Of a stretch of 64,000 nucleotides of DNA, positions 56,934-64,000 are shown one piece after another; positions within the stretch are counted from its first letter, which is position 1, and each line of letters opens with the position of its first letter. The stretch is taken from the NCBI GenBank assembly GCA_012295275.1, contig CM022673.1:1550001-1614000 (forward strand), in the 5' to 3' direction. The DNA comes from Chrysomallon squamiferum. Taxonomy: Eukaryota > Animalia > Mollusca. Position numbers and translations under genes: made by a program. The notes under the pieces are model-generated. The model searched no databases and had not been told where the DNA came from. It saw only the letters and a program-made list of their open reading frames with translations.

Positions 56934-59900
56934 TTACACGTTTTTCTTCTTCCTTCTTAAGCTCCTCCTTTTCAGTGGCGCACTATCATGTAAAGAGCTG
57001 TCAAAAACAGACTGTCCTTCCTCAGTTGATTCACTGCTGACATTTTCTTTATTTTTGTTACCAGCTTGAACAATCTGAAATAATAATAGTAGAGAACTAA
57101 AGAACAAAACAAAAATTGTGAGGTATTTGAAAAATCAATTCATTCAACTGTACTAATATCATTCATGAATTTAAAGCACTATCTGATACAGATAATTTTA
57201 GATGCTATTATTTTTTAACATTTTTAATAATAATTATTATTTTGTTATTTTTATTTATTTATTTTTATTTCTCATTTTTTGTTGATTTTATTGTTTAAAA
57301 ATATTCTTTTTCAATTATTTAATCACATATTCACACAACACTGTGGAAGAAATCATTTAACAATCTAAAGACACTCTTAGTCAGACCTAGAATGAGCAAG
57401 CGAATAAAATGCTGGCTTCCATCATAATAAACTAGAGTTAGAGAAACTTTAGCAAGTAGCTAGCTAGGTCTAGTTGTATTTTACAAGTTAGTGTCTAGAG
57501 TTCTGTAAACAGTTGTGATTTATACTCTTCACTTTATCAAGAATATTTAAAAATATTTAAAAAAAAAAAAAAAGTTTAAAATTTTAAAAAATTAAATAAA
57601 CTTACTGGTGATTTTACATTCCACTGTCTTGGTTTTGGAGGACTGGAGAAAAAAAAATGAATTCATTACAATCTGATATGATAATAATAAAAATGTATTA
57701 TTATTATTATTTTTAAAAATCGTTTTCATTTATTTCATTTACACATATGCATGATTGTGCACATACAATTATACAGATAGATATACATTTTTCTAAATAG
57801 ATTTACTCATTTTGATTGTAAACTATAATGACTGTCACTTGATTTTAAACTTTATTATTACTACAACACACACACACACACACACACACAAACAAATATA
57901 CATAAAATAACAAAATAACAAAAAAAAAAAAAAGACATGGTAGTGCTGGTGGTGGTAGTAGAAGTAGTAGTAGTAGTAGTAGTAATAATGAATAATAATA
58001 ATAATAATAGTAAAAGTAATAGTAATAGTAATAATGACATACACTTTTTCAGGAGAGAACATAAACACAATATCCTTGGCTTTAGACTTAGTGCAGCCTG
58101 ATTCTGAAAAACAAAAATTTTTACTTATGATAAAATGAATTTTTTTTCACTTATAATAGTGAAAAATTAATGAAAATGACGGGTTATAAGAATCAACAAC
58201 AATAATAGTAAATAATTATTAAACTAACCTCCTTCATGTCCTGGTTCTGTGATTGAAATTGGAGATGGTGGTATTAATGTTATATTCTGATCTGCAGCAA
58301 ATGTAATATTAGTCAGTTTACCTAAAAAGATGAAAATTTTATTTATTATTCATTTTGTATCTAATTTGCATAGAAACAGAACATTTTATTTTACACATGC
58401 TTTATTTTCATTTATTTATTAATAAAATTGCATTTTCATTATCATTTAAAAATATTTTGTTTTAATTGTATTAATTTATTACTAATATTTCATTTCTATT
58501 CTTATTTAAAAAATATAAAAATAATTTATATAATTTACTTTAGAAGTTTTTATTTTTGTGTTATTTAGTTTACTTCATCATTATTTTTTAAAATTATTTT
58601 ATTTATTTCCTTAATAATCTTTCATTTTTACCATTATTTAAAGGATTTTAAAACTAATTTACCTACAAACAGAAAATTTCAATTTTATATAAGTTTATTT
58701 CATCATTATTTTTACTTGTTAATTTTTTTATTTACTAATATTTTGTTTTTATTATTTAACCTAAATTACCTAAAAATAGAACATTTCATTTTATAACTAT
58801 ATCATTCTTTTTATTTAAAATTTTTAATTTGTTTTATTTATTTCCTTAATAATCTTTTATTTTTATTATTTAAAAATAATTATTTCTTTATCTTATCATT
58901 GTATTTACTTTTTAAAATACTTTTTATTTATTTCACATATAATCTTTATTATTATTATTATTAAAAATATTTTTGAAAATAATTTAGCTACAAACAGAAA
59001 TTTTCATTTATTTGACTTATAACCTGATTTTATCATTATTTTACTTTATTATTTTTATTTATATATTAACAATTTTTCATTTTGTATTATATGCAAAAGT
59101 ATTTTTTGTTACTTAATTTACCTACAAAAAGACATTTTCATTTTTATGATATTACTATGTTTTATTATTTTTGCTATTGACATTATTTTTATTGTCTAAA
59201 TTATCTATATCAGAAAAATAATAATAATAATAATAAAAACGTTGGTATGTTACAACTTTATCTTATGAATATTTTAACTTTTTTATTATATTTTTTTTTT
59301 TGTGTGTGTTACAACTTTCTCTTATCAATATTTACTTTTTAAAAATTAATTTAAATTGAAAATATAATTAAAAACATTTAAATGTCGTACCATCGGGTGT
59401 GCTTATTGCACGACTTTTGGTTTTGAAATTAACAGGAGTTTTACCAGCTTCAGTCAAGGAATCCTAAAACAAAATAAAGTATATTATATTTATAAACAAA
59501 GAAATAAAGTAAACTATAATAATAATAATAAATAATAATATATATATAATATATCTTGTCAAAAAAATATATAATGACATTGTATTGTAGAACATGAAAG
59601 AATCTCACATAAAGGCATGAGAATGACTTGGGTTTTTGGTGTGTGTTTTTTTTTATAGAATTAAAGAAAGACAGAACAAAAATGAATAAAATAATAATAA
59701 TAATAATAAAAAATAAAATTTAAATTTTTAAAAAAAAAACCCTGTAGAATAATCAAACTGTTGTAATTTCTGACCATCTTAGGTAAATTACACAAATGAA
59801 TATGTTATTAGAGCAATTTCATTAATTAGTGATTCAGACGCATCTAATCAAATGAAGTCAGTTAATTATAATATAAATATAGATTTTTTTTTTTTCATCT

Positions 59901-61364
59901 TCAACAAACTATAATTAATCTGGACTGCAGGAGACAACAGCGCCTTCTGTACTGGAGGAAATTTTAACTAAGTCAGAAATTAATAATATGAAGTCACTGA
60001 TCTGATGAAAGCACAATACATCAGAGATTCTAGGTTAACTCAAGTAAAGATATTCTATTTTAACTGAAGGTTAACAGTATACACCCGTGAGACACTTTGC
60101 AGAATCAATTCTATTCCTGGGAAATGTCCCATTCAAACCAGTGCACCAAACTAAATAAAGTATCTAAGGCTACGTGGTATGTGTCCATTTTTGGGAAGGT
60201 GCATTGATGATAAATATAGTTTTTTTTTTTTTTTTTAAATCTTTAATAAACTATAATTTAAACTTCACTACTGAATATGATATTGCCTTCTGAACTGGAC
60301 AAATTGTAAGTAATTTGCAAAGTGATTTCTACTCTCATTTATGATTGTTATATTATTAGCAAAGTGTACTTTTTTTTTTTTTTTTTTTTTTTTTTGATAA
60401 TAAATAACAAAGAGCTTCTTCAATAGGTTTGACACCTGATAATATTGTTTTACCGTCAGGCTGCCAAAATAATATACAGTATACCCTCACCTGTTCGCGG
60501 TTCCCCATTCGCGGCCCCGCATATTCGCGGGTTAGGCTCTTAACCCTATCGCATCGTATGCTGGTATACCAGGCGAGCGTCATAACGTCATAAAAACAAA
60601 TGCTCGGTAAACCGGGTTTTTGTAGGTCATAGAGACTTAAGTGCCTGAAGAGTAGGAATAATTACCTAAAGTGCTGTAAAGCAGCAGCTAAGCAGTGCCA
60701 TACTGTACGTTAGTGTTATCATCATCATCGTATGGCACTGCAAATTTCATCATCATTTTATTATCATTCATTATTGGTGACAGCACAAACAATATCAAAT
60801 TTTTTCAATTATTATTGCAATACAGTACGTATTTTTTTATAAATGCACACACTGTATGTACAGTGCATATTTTTTGTGATCGTGTATTAATAATGTTTTT
60901 AATTGCATATTATTACTGAATTGTATTATTATTACCTGAACTGTGCGTACTGTATTTATCTGTCTGTTTGCCTTTAAATTTGTTCCACTTTCTGTCAATT
61001 CTAATACATATGTTGTACGCATAGAAAATGACTTTACTGTACAGTAATACAGTATGGGTAACTATGCTATGCGGTGTTACTGTCCTCCTGCACTTACGTT
61101 TCTTTCTGATTAAAATATTGTTTCAGTACAACATTAAAATGTGTTTACATTATTATTACTACATTAGTGAAATACATAACTGCATGCAATATTACTACAT
61201 TATTACTGTATTAATGAGTAAGAGTGTCTTTAGAAAGTGTTTGGGAAGCATTTAGTACCGTATATAATCTCATAATAGACGTTTTAAAACTGCATCCAAT
61301 ATTCGGGTTTTTCGCTATTCGCGGGGGGGTAAAGAACGTAACCCCCGCGAATAGCGAGGGAATA

Positions 61365-61399
<35 letters not shown>

Positions 61400-61796
61400 A
61401 TGAAAGAATATTTAGGAAAAAACCCCAAAAGGAACAAAAAAAAATTAAAATTAAAATTAAAAATTAAAAAAAATTATAAATTCATTAACAGATAAAATAT
61501 TTTTCAAAACATTTTGACAAATTAATTTATAACAAAATTTCAATATGTCTCTTCAAAGTAAGCTTCTTTTTTTATTTCTTTTTTTATGAATTAAAAGTCC
61601 CTCCCCCCAAAAAATCAATATAATTATAATTGGTTGTATTTCATTAGCTTTGATGTGTTTGTAAAATTAAAACTGCTTATTTTTGTCTTATTTTTTTTAA
61701 TTAACTAACCTTTGCAGAAAAAACTGTAATTACAAGTTAATTAAATCTGTAAATAATCTGTTGTTTACTCTGAGTCACGGTTAAGGCTATATATAC

Positions 61797-61839
<43 letters not shown>

Positions 61840-63758
61840 TGTGTGTGTGTGTGTGTGTGTGTACATGTATGTATGTGTGTAAATATGTATCCAGTGAAAT
61901 GTGTAATTGTATCCTTTCATAATTAGATTCCTGACTGCATTGCTTATATGGACTGATAGACAGCTGTATCTCTCTTTTTTTTTCTTTTTTTTTTATAGAG
62001 ATTCAGTCTGTCCTGAATGCAGTGACATCACATGTTCAAGAGATGTCTTATTAAGCTGTATTTTTTTTCTCTTTACTAATTAATTACGTTTGGGCAGAAA
62101 AAAAAAAAAAAAAATAATAATAAAAATAAAAAAAAAAAAAAAAATCAAAAAAAAAATAGTAATAATAATAAAATAAAACAAAACAAATAAAATAAAATAA
62201 ACTGAAAAAAACCCTGAAAAAATCAAAAAAATCCCAGAACAATAAATATTTATTTACTCCTTGTTCTTATCACCAAATATAAAATTTGACTACAGATAAA
62301 GAAAATTTGTCTAATTTTCCTTCACAATCTTGGCTTTTAAAAACTTCTATCTGACATACTCAAGTCCTTCTAGATATCTTGAGACAAAATATTAATTAAA
62401 TCACCTTGAAAATTTCTCTGTCTGAACTCTGACCCTCTCTGTCACCCCATGTTACACACGATCGACGGTGATGTTGCTGTTGTTGCTGCTGTTGTTGTTG
62501 TTTCATACTTCCATTAATTTTAGGCGATTCTCTGGCCTGTCGCAGAACTTTTGCCCTTTCAGCGACTTTCTTTGCAGAGTTGAGTATTGCAAGTGTCGAA
62601 AGTGGAGTATTTCTATCAAGACAATTTACATTTTATTATATTGATGTTTGTCAAAGCTTTATTAAAAATTTATTTTTATGTGTTATATATCGTGAGTGTA
62701 GAAAATGGATTATTTCTCTCAAGATAATTTATAAATTATATTAATCCTGCAGAATGTATAGCCAGTTGTTTGTCAGTTTTGTTTAATCTTAGGTGTGTGT
62801 TTCTTTAACAAATAAATTTATTTTTATGTGTTGTACATCATGAGTGTAGAAAGTGAAGAATTTCTGTCATATAAATTGTTATAAATTTTGTACATGTGTC
62901 ATTTTTACTGTGTGTATGAAACAGACAATACATTTATTTGAGTATGGTGAACATAAAGTGGAGTATCTCTGAACCACAAATTATATAATTCTACTGAATG
63001 CATGCACACACGCAACATATTAAACTAACTACTTCAAGCCAAAATATCTCTGATCCTTAGTATCAAATTATGTATATTTGTGTTTTACAAAGTTATTTAT
63101 TCTTTACACTTCCTGTGATATACTCAATTTTTTAAAATAAAATAATTTTTAAAATACTTGCTAATTAAAAATGCAAATCTGTAAAAAACACTTGAATATA
63201 TTACTTTGTAATTATTCAGTAATCACTTTTGAAAATATTTTGGATACAAAATGGGCAACTAAAATATTTAATTTAACAAATTACAAATTATTATCTACTT
63301 TTTATACTTTACCAACCAGACATTGTTTTGAAAAGACTGCTCAAATTTCTAATTTCTTTTATTGCATTTTAAAAAGATTGGCAAAGAAAAACGCATTTAT
63401 TTAATAAACTCATCTGCATATTTACTTTTATTATAAATTTTATTAAACCCGTTTCATTAAAGTCTTTTTTCAACCTATTTACAAATATGCATTAGACAAA
63501 ATGTTCAGAATATTAATAAAGTAATTAAAGAAAATGATCAGTGTATTTAAAATACTAAGTTTACCTTGCTGGAGTATGTGCCGGTGAATTTGCGTCGGTC
63601 TGTTCAGGTGTACGTTGTACGTCACTCTCAGGCCGTCCTGGAGATTTGGGTGAGAGGGTCCCAGGTGATTTTCCTGTAGGAGATTTTGCTGCATCAGCTA
63701 AAGGAGGCTTAGGAGTCTGATCAGCAGATGCAGGAGTCAAAGGAGAACCAGTTAAATT
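56934..63758 (-). CDS. NCAPD3: Condensin-2 complex subunit D3, last 7 coding exons (gene continues beyond the window end)
   Basis: Exons 63565-63758, 62405-62612, 59391-59463, 58229-58321, 58043-58103, 57606-57642, 56934-57074 splice in frame with GT-AG borders. Peptides TPLSTLAILNSAKKVAE, RAISTP, NITF, DIVFMFSPEKVPPKPRQWNVKSP and RRSLR match, in order, motifs I recall from the vertebrate CAP-D3 C-tail ([49 protein letters not shown], RRSLR). Confidence 0.88.
60477..61367. mobile_element. Non-autonomous Tc1/mariner (pogo/Tigger-like) MITE in an NCAPD3 intron
   Basis: TIRs CAGTATACCCTC..TTCGCGG (left) and CAGTATTCCCTCGCTATTCGCGG (right, reverse complement), flanked by TA on both sides. GC-rich subterminal hairpin tcgctattcgcggggg...cccccgcgaatagcga. 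891 bp, no transposase ORF. Confidence 0.85.
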
Positions 63759-64000
63759 CTGACATCAGGGAAATAAAATGTAATAAAATAATAATAATAA
63801 TTATAACAAAATGTGAATGAATGCTTGTATTTTAGGGAGTGGTGTGCCTTTCTATCAAGGTTATAAAATATCATACGCTGTCAATTAATAAGAGTGTATC
63901 AAGTATTAATGTATTGTCCATCAGTTAATTAATTAACTATATATACATATTTTAAAATAATGAATTAAAAAAACCACATAGATATGTACATGTGGATGCT

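Overview
AT-rich, microsatellite-dense eukaryotic (animal) genomic DNA with spliced genes. The gene content and repeat style suggest a mollusc or other lophotrochozoan, but that is inference only. Left part (1-23 kb): a tandemly duplicated two-gene cassette, GPCR(+) / IGFBP-N-domain(-) / GPCR(+) / IGFBP-N-domain(-). The receptors are atypical class A 7TM proteins with a signal peptide and a long N-terminus. The partners are small secreted proteins made of a vertebrate-IGFBP-like 12-Cys N-domain only; copy 1 carries a 1-bp homopolymer frameshift. Middle (25.4-41.5 kb, minus strand): a 12-exon gene, reconstructed by hand with consistent intron phases (747 aa), for a protein with two cyclic-nucleotide-binding domains (CNBD2-like). 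Right: a ~40-copy 60-bp minisatellite (53.5-55.9 kb) and the last 7 coding exons of NCAPD3 (condensin II subunit D3, minus strand), with a TA-flanked Tc1/mariner-type MITE in one intron. Most short ORFs in the track are microsatellite artefacts. No rRNA, tRNA or CRISPR array was seen.
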